Source: Octopus vulgaris
Taxonomy: Eukaryota
Length of the DNA: 64,000 bases
NCBI GenBank assembly: GCA_951406725.2
Contig: OX597821.1
Coordinates: forward strand, 47,740,001-47,804,000
Direction of reading: 5' to 3'
In this document: one piece after another, positions 1-13,664 of the stretch
Position numbering within the stretch: position 1 is the stretch's first letter
How the letters are laid out: each line of letters begins with the position of its first letter
The notes under the pieces: generated by a model
What the model was told of the DNA's origin: nothing
Databases searched by the model: none
Seen by the model: only the letters and a program-made list of their open reading frames with translations
Translations under genes and position numbers: made by a program

Positions 1-56
1 TTATCCCACGATCATTCATGACTAACGGGTGTCTTTACCCCGTCTTTACCCTTTAC
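1..56 (+). mobile_element. 3' tail of SINE family D (truncated by window edge)
   Basis: cattcatgac...gtctttaccc...ctttacccttta matches the 3' ends of the copies at 20081-20402 and 44904-45242. Confidence 0.55.
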
Positions 57-122
57 ATACACACACATACATGCACATATATAACCATTCCTTCTGTGTT
101 CTGCTTGTTATAACCAGAAATA

Positions 123-664
123 GCTCTGATGAAAGTAGCATTGATTTTTTTTAGGTCGTTCAATTTTTTGCAACTAATCAATAGACCAAGTGAGTATATA
201 GGCGCAGGAGTGGCTGTGTGGTAAGTAGCTTGCTAACCAACCACATGGTTCCGGGTTCAGTCCCACTGTGTAGCATCTTGGGCAAGTGTCTTCTACTATA
301 GCCCTGGGCCGACCAATGCCTTGTGAGTGGAATTGGTAGACGGAAACTGAAAGAAGCCTGTCGTATATATGTATATATATATGTATGCGTGTGTGTTTGT
401 GTGTCTGTGTTTGTCCCCCTAGCATTGCTTGACAACCGATGCTGGTGTGTTTACTTCCCCGTCACTTAGCGGTTCGGCAAAAAGAGACCGATAGAATAAG
501 TACTGGGCTTACAAAGAATAAGTCCCGGGGTCGATTTGCTCGACTAAAGGCGGTGCTCCAGCATGGCCGCAGTCAAATGACTGAAACAAGTAAAAGATAA
601 AAAAAAAAGATAAAGATATCAACCAGTAATGTACCTATAAATACTACTGGAAACAGCTGTAAGC
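123..664 (+). ncRNA. Type I hammerhead ribozyme core interrupted by a SINE
   Basis: GCT-CTGATGA (126-132)-aAGTAG...[SINE]...CTACTg-GAAA (650-653)-CAGCTG-TA^AGC. Stem I GCT/AGC, stem II AGTAG/CTACT, palindromic stem III. Confidence 0.65.
201..616 (+). mobile_element. tRNA-derived SINE family A, full length
   Basis: Head ggcgcaggagtggctgtgtggtaag (A box) ... ggttcagtcc (B-box-like), internal TA/TG microsatellite, aagtaaaaga tail; about 10 copies in the window. Confidence 0.9.
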
Positions 665-1259
665 CAAATTTGCTCTATTAAAGGATAAATATGTAACGAC
701 CATCATTTTTAACTTGCTGTTTATACATATATATGTATGTGAGTGTGTGTATGCATCTGTGTGCCTAACCGTTAGTTTGTGTATTCTCCAAAATATTGCA
801 AGTTACAACCAGTAATTCTGCTGTCTTTTCTTCTATCAGCCAGTTTTCTGCAGAATTTCTACATAAAAAAAGCAGGTAAAATCGGAGATCTCTTGCTTGA
901 AAAACTGGTAAAGGTTAGCAAACAAGAAGGGTATCCAACTGCAAATCAATGCCTCAACAATGCATTCCTCTAACCCATGCGTGTATGGAAAACTAATGTG
1001 AAAACAAATAAGTTTAAACATCTACTCATCTATACATGTGAAAACATTTATACAATATCACAGAAACAATGTACGTATGAAGCAAATACATTTATAAATA
1101 CATACACATATGCACACACAAAAACACACATCCTTATTTATACATATCTAAACTCGGCCAACCATCTATTCTTACATTCTGCATCGATGAATTGCTGTTA
1201 GCGTATCTGTGTACACTTATATACAAATGTGTTAGCAAGTCAACGTCTCTCTGTCTATC

Positions 1260-1329
1260 TGTACATACATATATATATATATATGCATGTGTGCATTAAT
1301 GTATGTATGAATGTGTGTGCATGTATGTT

Positions 1330-1394
<65 letters not shown>

Positions 1395-1628
1395 GTATAT
1401 ATATATGTAAATATATATGTATATATATATATATGTGTATATATATATATATCATTATCACCATTTAGTGTTTGTATTCTAGTTGGACAACACACATACA
1501 CATACATATGTGTCTGCTTATACATATATATGTTTACACACAGATTTATATATGTATGTACATACTTAAGTATCTATATATGCGCATGTATGTATGTATG
1601 TATGTATGTATGTATGTATGTATGTATG

Positions 1629-1667
<39 letters not shown>

Positions 1668-1706
1668 ATGTATGTATGTATGTGTGTGTGTGTGTATGTA
1701 TGTATG
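1260..1706. repeat. Compound (TA)n/(TATG)n/(TG)n microsatellite region
   Basis: Direct reading of the sequence. Confidence 0.9.
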
Positions 1707-2084
1707 TAATGTTTTTTCAATATTATAAACAATATTTCCCAATACTTATTTTGTCTGAAATAAAATACTTGAAGAATATCAACTTGATAGTTATTTTGAC
1801 ATTTTGTTTGTGTTTTTCATCTTCAGGTTGTCTCAGATATGTGCAAGAGAAACTATGTTGTTTGATCTCTTTCCTATAAATCACATACAGGATTCCATTT
1901 TCTTTACTGTCTACTGTTTGTTAACCATTTTCTTCACAATGGAACAGAAGATTTCTCTATTCACTTAACTGACTTTTTTGGGGTTTCATTCTCAATGTTT
2001 TGCAAACACATTTGCTATTTCTGTTTTTTGTTTGTTAGTTCTCTTTTGTTTGGTGACTTTTGCTTTTTTTATTTATTTATCTAT

Positions 2085-2115
<31 letters not shown>

Positions 2116-2478
2116 TTTTTTGCTGTTGATGATGATGGTGGTAGTGTGGACTGTGTCCTCCATTTTGTTGCTGTGTGTTAACAATTTATCAGCTGTCTAT
2201 TTGGACCTTCTTCAATCTTCTTCAGTCATTAACATAACGGTAATGAAAAATAATGACTATGTGTGTGTTTGTGCATATAATAGTAATATCAAAACACATT
2301 TATGCACAAGGAAATACAGATTTGTTTCTATGGAAATACATTTACAAATAAACATATATACTTGCATAAATATAAACATACATACATACATATATAAATA
2401 CATACATACATACATAAATACATACATACATACATACATACATACATACATACATACATACAGATAGACATACATGCT

Positions 2479-2510
<32 letters not shown>

Positions 2511-2562
2511 AACAGTTAGGTCTCTATGTGTGTATGTATATGCAATTCATTGAAATAGAACC

Positions 2563-2601
<39 letters not shown>

Positions 2602-3333
2602 TTATATATGCATGTATATATACATGTAGATGTAGGTACGTACATATATGTTTGTATGTATGCATATATTTTATTTATTACACTATATATATATATATAA
2701 ATATATATATAAATATATATATACATATATATAAACATATGTATGTATAAGTGTGTGTGTGTGTGTGTGTGTGCATGTGTATGCACATGCATGTGTGTGT
2801 CTGTCTGTGTATGTGCATATATACGCATGTGACTCAGAATAAATTAAACATGATTTTACTTGTCTGTGTATTTATTACCCTTTTCTACTTTTATTCTTCC
2901 CAATTGGTTCTTCTGGTCTTCCACAGACCCTGTCCCTCTTTATCATTTTAGCCAAATCTAATATATTCTCATTCAAGACAATTCAATCTAAATGTTACAT
3001 TGTGCCGCCATTTCTCATTTTATACAACTGCCAGCCAGCCATCTCTCCTCACTTCTCCCCTCCATCTCTCATCCCTCCTGTTAAGGAATGTAGCATTTAT
3101 TGCCAGTCTTTCCCCTTCCTGCCAGGCATTCTCTGTTATATTAAAAATATGGAAGATATACCATTTCTTGGGTATCATCACTGTCAATTGTAGGCAACAT
3201 TCCTGGAAGTGAGTGACATTTATTGTTGGTAGAGACGTGTAAAGGGAATGGTAAAAGCACAATGATATGATAAATAGCAATTTCTCACCTTGGTGCTTGG
3301 CAGTAGACATTCGTAGAGAAAGAATATATTTAA

Positions 3334-3558
3334 CTTTTTAGCATTCAGAATACTCTGTCAAAATGTAATGCTTATTGCTTCAGATTGTTTTAATTTAATA
3401 ATGCATTATCTCGTAGCTTCAAGATTATGATGATATGATGATTGTTTGTTTTTAGAATGACATTGTAGGGTAGGTGTGAGAGACCAGATCTGGTTGGTTT
3501 GAACAGAAAACAGGAAGATATATTTAAGCTGGTTATGGCTGGTTTCAATGCTAAAGGG
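3334..3558. mobile_element. piggyBac-type MITE (TTAA target)
   Basis: TTAA at 3330-3333 and 3559-3562; TIR c-tttagcattc / ttcaatgctaaaggg. Confidence 0.65.
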
Positions 3559-3593
3559 TTAATGGTTGGGATACACAGCACCCAACCATTGAA

Positions 3594-3824
3594 GGTGGCG
3601 AGCTGGCGGAAACATTAGCATGCCGGGTGAAATGCGTAGCCGTATTTCGTCTGCCATTATGTTCTGAGTTTGAATTCTGCCAAGGTTGACTTTGCCTTTC
3701 ATCCTTTCAGGGTCAATAAGTTAAGTACCAGTTATGCACTAGGGTCGATGTAATCGACTTAATCTCTTTGTCTGTCCTTATTTGTCCCCTCTGTGTTTAG
3801 CCCCTTGTGGGTAGTAAAGAAATA
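3594..3824 (+). mobile_element. SINE family B
   Basis: ggcgagctggcggaaac...gagtttgaattc...ctttgcctttcatcctttc...aagtaccagtt...ggggtcgatgtaatcgac...; copies at 28601, 42704, 44065, 55931. Confidence 0.85.
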
Positions 3825-4159
3825 GGTTAGGATACCCAGCACCATTAGTTATAGGGTACAAGCTACCCTAATCTATCTTAGTCTACCCACTACCTACCTT
3901 AGTAAACTGGATGAGTGAGAAAGAACAACTCAAATCAAGTTATACAACACCATTTGTGACAGGATACAAACTATCCTAACCTGCCTTAATCTACCCACTC
4001 ACTTACTTTTATAAACTGTGATTGAGAATGAACTATGCTAGTCAGGGTACATAGAACCACGAGTGACAAAATACAAGCTACCTTCATGTATCTTAAATTT
4101 TTTTTTTCATTTTTCCATTTATCCATTCACCTACCATACCATTAGAAGTTTCCACTGAG

Positions 4160-4545
4160 GTTGCTGGGTCTACAAGAAATAACAATCAAGTCACCCAACC
4201 TAAAAAACAGAAGCAAAAATACACTGGATAATATAGTCCTAGGTGTATTCAGCCAATAAATGGGATGGTCATGACTTGAACATCTTTCGATCATAGCCCT
4301 ACTTCACCAGAACTAACTTGGGGCTAAAGAACAACAATAACAATAACAAATGTAGTCCAATTTTTGCTGTTGTTAAAGAATTCTGTGAGTTAAAGATTTT
4401 CCAACCATGACCCTCCCATTTTTTCTCTAGGACTGCATTATCCCATAGTACAATGTGTCCATCCTTGTTTATGCAGTGAAGTGGGCATAATTTGAAGGAG
4501 GTTAGCTGTTATTTCTAGCTGTTCAAGTAACCAAACAAGGGTGAT
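4160..4545. mobile_element. Two degenerate copies (tail-to-tail) of an old interspersed repeat with (CAA)n tail
   Basis: gggatggtcatgacttgaacatctttcgatcatag...ggggctaaagaacaac on +, and its reverse complement at 4365-4545; relatives near 29400-29575, 37380-37520, 42440-42690, 44410-44580. Confidence 0.5.
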
Positions 4546-4559
4546 AGTAGTAAAAGTGA

Positions 4560-4600
<41 letters not shown>

Positions 4601-4784
4601 AACAAGAGTTAAGTGTGTAAGTATAGCAACAATTTCCCACTTTGCTGCTTTTCAGTGAACATGTATAAAGAATATATTTAATGGTCAGGGTACACAGCAC
4701 TAATTAGTAACAGGGGACAAGCTACCAGTTAAACACAAGTTTCATGCAGTTGTGGTGGCAGAGGTGTTGGTGTGGCAGCAGTGG

Positions 4785-5210
<426 letters not shown>

Positions 5211-5789
5211 TAGAACACTATAGATTTGTTCTAATATGTTCATGCTACTAGTGTGTATATAACTCTACCTGTTATACGACACAATTGGTTGTAGAATATT
5301 CCAAGATTTGTCCCTAAATATTTAGTGATTTATTTTCAATTTTGGTCTGAATGAGATCAGTAAGAACATTAACTTGTTCCCTGCTTCTCTTGAATTTGCA
5401 GTTGCCTGTATCATTTTTCATTTTATTTCTTATAAGACATATGTAACACCCATCATTCCTCTATCTAGGGTACTACTCTGCTGCTGTAACCACTTGAGAT
5501 CAATATGATATAGTAGGCATCCATTGTCTTGAGAGACCTTGGATTTGGGTGCATCCTCCACCTTTCTTTGTGCTTACCATCATCTTCCACCTTGGAACCA
5601 CTTCCAGTTCTCTTTCTTATTATCATCCCTTCCCATACTATTTGTACCAGTCACATCCTTTTTGCGCCTTCAGCCAGTGCTCTCTCTCTCTCTTTTTGAG
5701 TAACTCTTACCTTATCTCTACTCTATATGGATATTTTCCATCAATCACAATCAGTTTCATCACTCACTACATTCACCTCTACCTGTAGC

Positions 5790-6076
5790 CAAGGCCAGTG
5801 CTAGGACGTCCAGAGCCCAATTAGAGAAATGTCAGTGGGGCCCTCTACTCTACAAAAGCTCAAGATTGATGGTTTATGCATTTGTAGTATGTCTATCCCA
5901 GCCACAAAGTGTTGAGAGCTTGTGGCTTCTCCGTGATCCACAATGATATATTAAAAACTGAAAGCTCATATGAAAATTTAAATGTTTTATTACAAGCTGA
6001 GCATGTGCACAAGGCCCTCTCTTGGTGTGGGGACCTTATTGAACAAAGCTGTCTAATTTGGCTTAAAACCAGCCAT
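5790..6076. mobile_element. Degenerate hAT-like MITE
   Basis: caaggccagtgcta... / ...aaaaccagccatg ends with internal ggggccct / ggccct motifs typical of CAGGGCCGG-type elements. Confidence 0.4.
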
Positions 6077-6440
6077 GCCTGTACCTACCTCTGACCATCT
6101 TTTACTCTTCACCCAACACTTTATGAAAGTGACCCATCTTTTTACTGATCCACTGTCTGTATCCTCTCTTATATTCACCTTCTTGTATCTTGAGATACTC
6201 TGGTATCTTGTTGCCATCATCTTTGTCTTCTTTCCAGCTACTCTCACCCACTTTCCTTTCTATAACCCCACCCTCTTTCTCTCTCTTAAATATCTGCTCT
6301 GAACAGTTTACGAACAAAGATTTTCAAGGAAATTGAATTAAATTTATTCTATATGCCTACCCATCACACATGACTACCTGCAAGATCATAACTTCAGAGA
6401 AAGGAAAAATCGAAGTCGTCAATCAAGAAAATTACATATA

Positions 6441-7674
6441 CAGGGGTTGGACAAAATAATTGAAACATCTTAAAATTTCAAGCAAATTTATTTTAATATG
6501 GGGTAGGTCTGCCTTTGGCAGTAATTACAGCTTGAATTCTGCAAGGTATGGACTCATACAAAGTTTGAATTGTTTCCAAAGGAATTTTTGTCCATTCTTC
6601 AGCTAAAACAATATCTGAGGGTGGAGGATTTGACTCCTTACTTGTTTTTCTAAAATGTACCTTAAATGTTCAATAATATTGAGATCTGGGGACTGTGGTG
6701 GCCAGATAAGATGTTCAACTTCATTAAAATGTTCCTCATGCCATTCAGTAATGACTTTAGCTGTGTGAACTGGTGCATTATCATCCTGAAAGACTGCATT
6801 TCCCTCTGGAAACAGTTCTGCAACCATAGGATGGATTTGATCAGATAAAATACTTAAATTGTCTTGACAATTAATTCTACCATGAAGGGAAACCATTGGG
6901 CCAGCAGATTTCCAAGATACAGCCCCACCCCCACCCCTGATCATCACAGATCCTCCTCCATGTTTAACAGTTGGAAGAAGGCAGTTAGGGTCAAATGTTT
7001 CTTTTGGCTGTCTCCAAATTGGCTGGTTGTCAGAAAGGATGACTTGTCCAAGAAAATAACATTCTTCCACTGCTCTTGGGACCTTGGGACCAATTCTGTA
7101 GGTTTTTACTCTACTCTGAATGCTTTGCAATGTTTGTTTTTGAAAGAAGTGGTTTTCTGATTGCAGTCCTCCCATGAGATCTGGCTTTACGTGAAAACTT
7201 GATTCTCAAGGTAGTCATTAAGCTCTGCAGTAATTTTGGGAGCTCTATTTTTGTGATCCTTTCTAACAATTTGTGTAAGAGTCCGACAGTCTCTATTTGA
7301 AAGCTTTGGTTTTCTTCCAGGGTTTTCTTTTGATGATGAGGTTTTTCCCTCTTTCTCAAAGGCTGTCATTACTTTTGAGACAGTACTTCTTGATACACCA
7401 AACATTTTAGCTGTTTTCATTATGCTAGCATCTGCCATATAAGCACCAACAATTTGACCTCTTTGAAAGTCCAATAGATCTGCCATTTTAGTGAATTTTA
7501 ATTATCTTTTTCTGATGATGTCTGAGAAGAAACAAAAATTTTAGCAAAACATATTAAGCAACACTAATAATTAATCAAAGAACATAAAATACACAAGCTT
7601 TTGATGGTTTTACAGATATTTCAAAATTATGATGCTATGATGCTAGGTGCTTCCATTATTTCGTCCAACCCCTG
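6441..7674 (-). mobile_element. Tc1-like DNA transposon, DD36E spacing (Incomer-like), 1234 bp
   Basis: TIRs caggggttggacaaaataa / ttatttcgtccaacccctg; TA TSDs at 6439-6440 and 7675-7676; transposase motifs present. Confidence 0.92.
6603..7486 (-). pseudogene. Frameshifted Tc1-family transposase
   Basis: DLLDFQRGQIVGA...GVSRSTVSKV (HTH), PGRKPKLS, TVKHGGGSVM, FQDDNAPVH, WPPQSPDLNIIEH split over several frames. Confidence 0.9.
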
Positions 7675-7810
7675 TACACAAAAATAAGGTTAGTACTATA
7701 TATTTGGCAATATCCCAAATGCTAAGCATATTTTTCTGAAACTCAGTTTGATGAAATGCATATGGGTACTAAATAATGTATGTATTTGTGTGTGTATATA
7801 TATATATATA

Positions 7811-8225
7811 GGCGCAGGAGTGGCTGTGTGGTAAGTAGCTTGCTAACCAACCACATGGTTTCGGGTTCAGTTCCACTGCGTGGCATCTTGGGCAAGTGTC
7901 TTCTGCTATAGTCCCGGGCCGACCAATGCTTTGTGAGTGGATTTGGTAGACGGAAACTGAGAGAAGCCTGTCATATATATGTATATATATATATATGTGT
8001 GTGTGTATGTGTTTGTGTGTCTGTGTTTGTCCCCCTAGCATCGCTTGACAACTGATGCTGGTGTGTTTACGTCCCCGTCACTTAGCGGTTCGGCAAAAGA
8101 GACCAATAGAATAAGTACTGGGCTTACAAAGAATAAGTCCCGGGGTCGATTTGCTCGACTAAAGGCGTTGCTCCAGCATGGCCACAGTCAAATGACTGAA
8201 ACAAGTAAAAGAGTAAAAGAGTAAA

Positions 8226-8228
<3 letters not shown>
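7811..8228 (+). mobile_element. SINE family A, full length
   Basis: Near-identical to 201-616; flanked by (TA)n on both sides. Confidence 0.9.
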
Positions 8229-8263
<35 letters not shown>

Positions 8264-8509
8264 TTAACTAGTTAGATAGATAGATAGATAGATAGATACA
8301 CACATATGATTGTATCTTGAATTCACTATATTCATATTATTATTAATATTTGTATGTATGTTCATAAAATGTATTTCCCATGTTGCACTGAAACTATAGT
8401 AACTGCAGAATTAAGAGTGATACCATAAAATTCAGTCTTTGTTTTAACACAGGCACACATGAATTTGTGTTGCAAGATTCTTCATGTGAAACCAAGTGTT
8501 GAAACAAAT

Positions 8510-8700
8510 ATTGTTGTATTTTGGGTTACTCATTTAAAAAAATTTTTTGGAGTCAAATAAACACACACTATATATTTGTTCTTCACTTGTTTATAACTGA
8601 TCTTTTTTTTTAACTCATGTCTATTGTCCAGAAATCTTTCATCACAAATCTGTGACCTCTTCGCTGATACTTTCCGCCCTCATGTGTGCTTCTGCTCTGC
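8510..8700 (-). mobile_element. Hammerhead-bearing repeat (same family as 19740-19920), core mutated
   Basis: Minus strand: tca-GCGAAGA-ggtcacagatttgtgat-GAAA-GATT-TC^tggacaatagacatgagtt..., aligning with 19765-19920. Confidence 0.6.
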
Positions 8701-10147
8701 TTTGTCCATTCTGTTCTTCTATGATGTATATCCTTATATGCACATGTGTTTGCACATTTATATTTGTGTGTGTGTGTGTGTGTGTGTATCGTTGTTCTTA
8801 GTCGCACTATGACCCTCCCCTCATTCTGTCCCCTCGCCCGTGTTCATCTCTCTTTCTCTCTCTCTCTCACTATATATATATAGAGAGAGAGAAAGAGAGA
8901 GAGAGAAAGAGAGAGAGAGAGAAGAGAGAGATAAACAGGTATGAATAATCAAATTTGTTTGTTGTACACCTGATAATTGAATGTCTTTAATTTGTAGTCG
9001 GTTCAATCAAGACAAACAGCAGTAAGACGAATAACAATAAAAGTTGGATTTACATAAAGAACACCCCAGACACTTTATTCTGTAACAAATATAAATAGAC
9101 AATAATTTTCAGAAATAACTTTTTACTCCAAATTCCTTGATAATATCACAAAAGGCCAGATTTCAAAGAAATTGTTAATTCTATTGACTTTATGGAGAAT
9201 TAACTAGAGAATTTAGAAATTGTTATTGACCTTCAGTCATTCTTCATCTATTTTTCTATGCAAAGAATGGCCTGCATTGACTAATTTGCTTTCCCTTTTA
9301 ATTTAATAAGAATACGTAATAATGCCTAAGAAGTTCTAACCAGTTTAACCAAGCAGAGAAGTGAAGCCAAAAAAAAAAATAATAAAGAAATAAAGAAAAT
9401 AAAGAAAAGAAAAAGAATTTAGAACAGATTGTTTAACAGACTTCAAAGTTTAAAACCAAACCGAAGTGTAATTGAGTGGAATGATAACTTCTTTGACTCA
9501 GTTAGATATAAAATATAGCATCTTAAGTAGACACTTCAAACTATTTTTCCTAAAATAACTCTAGAAGAATTACCACAGTGCCTGAATTTACTGCTAATAC
9601 TTATTACTGATATAAGGTATATATTATTTTAGAACTAAATTATCATATTACTGTGTTTATCTGGGAGATATCTTTCTAAAAGCTTTTGCAGCTACTTAAA
9701 ACATCTATAATATTCTGATGGCACGAGCTAGAATTTCATGAAAAGATTATATATATTACCTCTCTCTCTTTCTCCTTCTCTCGATATACATCTGTGTGTG
9801 CACGTGCACACGTGCGTGTGTGTGTGATTTTTCAACATCCACCTTGCATAGGTTGGTCAGTGTCTATTGAGGCAGATTTTTTTACTGCTGGACGCCCTTC
9901 CTGTTATCAATCCTTACCTGTTTCAAAGCAAAGTATCATCACTCTTAAAGGAAAGAACTATGTCCAGATATGTTCTCACAAACCTAAACATACTCATAGT
10001 CTTACACACATACATAAATACATACATATTATTTCATTTTACCAATCTCTGAAGTATACTGTATTTTTTAACATTATATGTCTTCAAAGGGACCTCCCTT
10101 AGATGAAACACAGTGGCTGCTAGCATTTCACAACACACATGCATTAA

Positions 10148-10630
10148 CCCTTTCATTACTGTATTTATTTTGAGATGCTCTGCCGGTGGCACGTAAAAAG
10201 CACTATCTGATCGTGGCCGTTTGCCAGCCTCGTCTGGCACCTGTGCAGGTGGCACATAAAAAGCACCCACTACACTTTCGGAGTGGTTGGCATTAGAAAG
10301 GGCATCTGCTGTAGAAACACTGCCAGATCAGACTGGGCCTGGCGCAGCCTCCTGGCGCAGCCTCCTGGCGCAGCCTCCTGGCTTCCCAGACCCCAGTTGA
10401 ACCGTCCAACCCATGCTAGCATGGAAAACGGACGTTAAACGATGATGATGATGATGATGATGATGATGATAACAAAGAATTTAGTAAAATAACTTGGTTA
10501 CTATTCAGCTAGTGTTAGGAACATAAATTGTAACTAAGGTTTGGTGGAAGATTTTAATTCAAAACTTATGAAAAGAAGACATTTGTACTCAGAGCCAGAG
10601 CCGGTTTTAGCCGGGTTGGTAATGAAAGGG
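10148..10630. mobile_element. piggyBac-type MITE containing an RTE 3' end insertion
   Basis: TTAA (10144-10147) + ccctttcattac ... gtaatgaaaggg + TTAA (10631-10634). Confidence 0.8.
10183..10470 (+). mobile_element. RTE LINE 3' UTR fragment with (GAT)n tail
   Basis: ggcacgtaaaaagcac...ccaacccatgctagcatggaaaacggacgttaaacgatgatgat = reverse complement of the 3' end of the element at 31413. Confidence 0.88.
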
Positions 10631-10834
10631 TTAAGTATGTGATATGTATATATATTTTCCTACACCCACACATACTGTTTGCACGGAGAGGCTCTTAGCA
10701 CAAACGATCTGTGACAGAGTAAACCTAAATGAGATATAGTGTAGCTTCTTGCTTGGAAAAGGTGCCACAGATGCTAGTTTCCAAATTAGGCAATTGCAGT
10801 AGCAACACTTGGTTATGAATAAGCTATTATGAAT

Positions 10835-12890
10835 GTTTTTTATTGATTTGGAAAAGAGTTTTCTCAGGTACCACATTCAGTCAATTGGTGGTCAATAAGG
10901 AAACTAGGTGTAAATGAATTGCTTGTGAGGACGCAATGAATTGCTTGTGAGGATTTAGTAAGTAAAGTAAGAGTCAACAATGATTTCAGTGATGAATTTT
11001 GTATGAGTGAAGGAGTCCACCAATGCTCAGTCCTTTCCTATTCATCATAGATCCATTCCTCAACAGAGGAATTTCTAATAGCTGAATGTATAAAAGAATT
11101 AGAGAGAAAATTCCAACCTTGGAAGCCAAGCCTAGAATCGAGAGATCTTAAGGTAAACTTAGCAGAAATTAAGGTTGTAGTAAGTAGGAAAGAAGACAAT
11201 CCTGGTATCTTCAAGGAAATGGCCTTACTCATATGCAGGAAAGGAGTAGGTATAAACTCCATACATTGTGCCCAATGTAAGCAGAAGAGATGCAGTGGAA
11301 TTACAGGCAGACTAGCATATGTGACAGATGCCCTGGAACAGTATGTACTACAAGCACACCAGATTCTCTTACATTCCCAGATGGTTCTGCAAAGGGATTG
11401 GTAGCTTCTGTTACCTAGGAAATATAATTAGCTTTGAAAGCATAGTAACTAGACAGAGAACATGCTGAAAAAAGTTTTGGGAGCTACTATCACTGTTAAC
11501 AACAAAGTTCTTTCCTCTAAGAGTGATGATACTTGTGTTAGAACTGTCATACTGTGTGGTAGTGAGACATGGGCCTTGAATGCAAAGGCCGTGTGAAAAG
11601 TAGAAAGAAATGATGCCAGCATGTCCTGCTCAGTGTGCAATTTAAGTTTGCAAAAATAACAAAGTACGAATATGTTCAGAGAAAAACTGGACATAAGAGG
11701 AATAAAATGTCATGTACAAGAAAGAAGACTGCACTGGATTAGACATGTGAAGCACACAGATGATGTTAGCTGCATAAAAAAGTACCAATCACCTGGAGTA
11801 GTTGGAGCCAATGGAAAATGGAGACTCAGTATGACATCAGGCAAAGTGGTGAAGGCTGATCTCAGGATTTGAACCTTATGGAGAAAATGACAAGGGACTG
11901 GGACGACAGTCAATATGCAGGTCTTGAGAAGAACCACCCACCTCAGTGAAATTGTGTTCTGGAAGGGCTGTATGTGTAAATATGTGCACAACTGAACCAT
12001 TCCTCCATTTCCTTCTTAAGACACCTTCATTACCCATCATCTCTCTAACTCCTGTTCTTCCTTTGATACCACTTATTTTTCTTTCTGTCCACTTACATAT
12101 TAATGGTTATCCATCCTTCATCCATTAATACTGTTCTCTCCTCACCCACTTTAGGGTGACTACTCCACTCTGCCAAAATTTCTGCAACCTACTTAACCAT
12201 ATGTCATATCTCTTTCATCCTTCTATCTATTATATCATCATTACTATTCTCCTGTCCCCACTGTTTTCCTGCTCTGTCAGTCATATTCTTCTCACCATAC
12301 TTCCTCCACCTCTTGCATCTTGGGTCATCACACATCCCTTATCTACCATTCACTACATCCACCTTTCAACCCTGACTAATCTTTACAGTTGCCACTCACC
12401 TCCCCTCCTGTCACACATTCCCCATCTCTTACATCCACACTTGCAAACTCCAGGTTCTTCAGTCCCCACTTACTTTTTCTCACCTTGTATCTTAAAGGTT
12501 CACCCAGATACCTCATTATCACCATATTTATCTCTTCCAGCTCCAAATAATTTCTCCCATCCTTTCTTCTAAAATGCAATAAGTCATGTAGCTTCCCTAC
12601 AGCAAGAAACCTGTTCTGCTTTGGACCCTTCTGTCATGCTTTCAGCCTTTACCTCACAGCATAAAGTCACCCGCTCAGGATTCATAGTCTTGCAAGCTGC
12701 ATGATGACCGCACTAATACTGGTGGCACAAATAAGCACTCAATACACTCTATAACATAGCTAGTGTTTGGAAGGGTATCCAGTTATAGAAACCAGACTAA
12801 ATCAAATATTGAAACATGTTGCAGTCATAGGACTAATTGAGACCTGTAAAAATGCCCAACCCATGCCAGCATAGGAGATAGATGCTAATA
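10835..12890 (+). mobile_element. Old, degraded RTE LINE (RT to 3' UTR)
   Basis: Remnants FIDLEK, ICRKGVGINSIHCAQCK, FREKLDIRGIKCHVQERRLHW with many stops and frameshifts; 3' UTR-like end near 12860. Confidence 0.75.
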
Positions 12891-13547
12891 CATTCAGAAT
12901 TGATGTGGTATCTGTTGGATTCCCATCCCAATTTAAGTTCTGCTAAATCTCTGAATTATGTTATTAAATCACTTCTTAATGAAAGTTCAACTATTGCAGC
13001 TAAAACATTTCCTAGAGGACCTATTCATTTCTAGACGTTTTGAATGCCAAATCAATTTAAAACTACCACCTGTCAGATCCTGTACAAACCTTCCATCCCT
13101 TGCAAGCATGGACTGCAGATGCTAACTAGTGATGATGATGTTGCTATGATGACAACTATCAAATATTCCTTAAACTGGATTTTATCTGAACTTCCAACCA
13201 ATATTTTTGGTTGGAAATGAATTCTGAATACAGAATTCCTTTCAATCCACTAAGTCAAAATAATAATGCTTGTCATCTCCAGATGTTTTTCTTTTATTAT
13301 AAATTCTTAGAAAAACCATAAAATTCAACTTTTTACTTTCATTTTGCACCTTTCTGAAATACCTGAGATACTACAAAACAAGACAACTGGCTTAAACAAC
13401 TAGAAATAGCAAATATCTCCCAAATCATACTCAGAAATTACAATAATATGGTTCTGAGTAATTTGCAGCAAGGATAGTGAATGGGATGGTCATAGCAAGA
13501 GTGTCACATTAGAAACAGCGATTGTATACAGATATACTCTCGCTTGC

Positions 13548-13655
<108 letters not shown>

Positions 13656-13664
13656 ACACACACA

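Noticed and set aside
174-435. Recurrent ORFs MLGGQTQTHKH... / MSSNARGTNT... (also at 7769, 19386, 23888, 38995, 47497, 60450)
   Set aside because: Antisense translations of SINE A, not a gene family
840-3208. Possible + strand exons (840-913, 1827-1914, 3126-3208)
   Set aside because: Splice-like signals exist, but the phases do not chain consistently and no protein is recognisable
3310-3326. 17-bp match ttcgtagagaaagaata to the LINE 5' repeat
   Set aside because: No extension on either side and A-rich; cannot be distinguished from chance or a tiny relic
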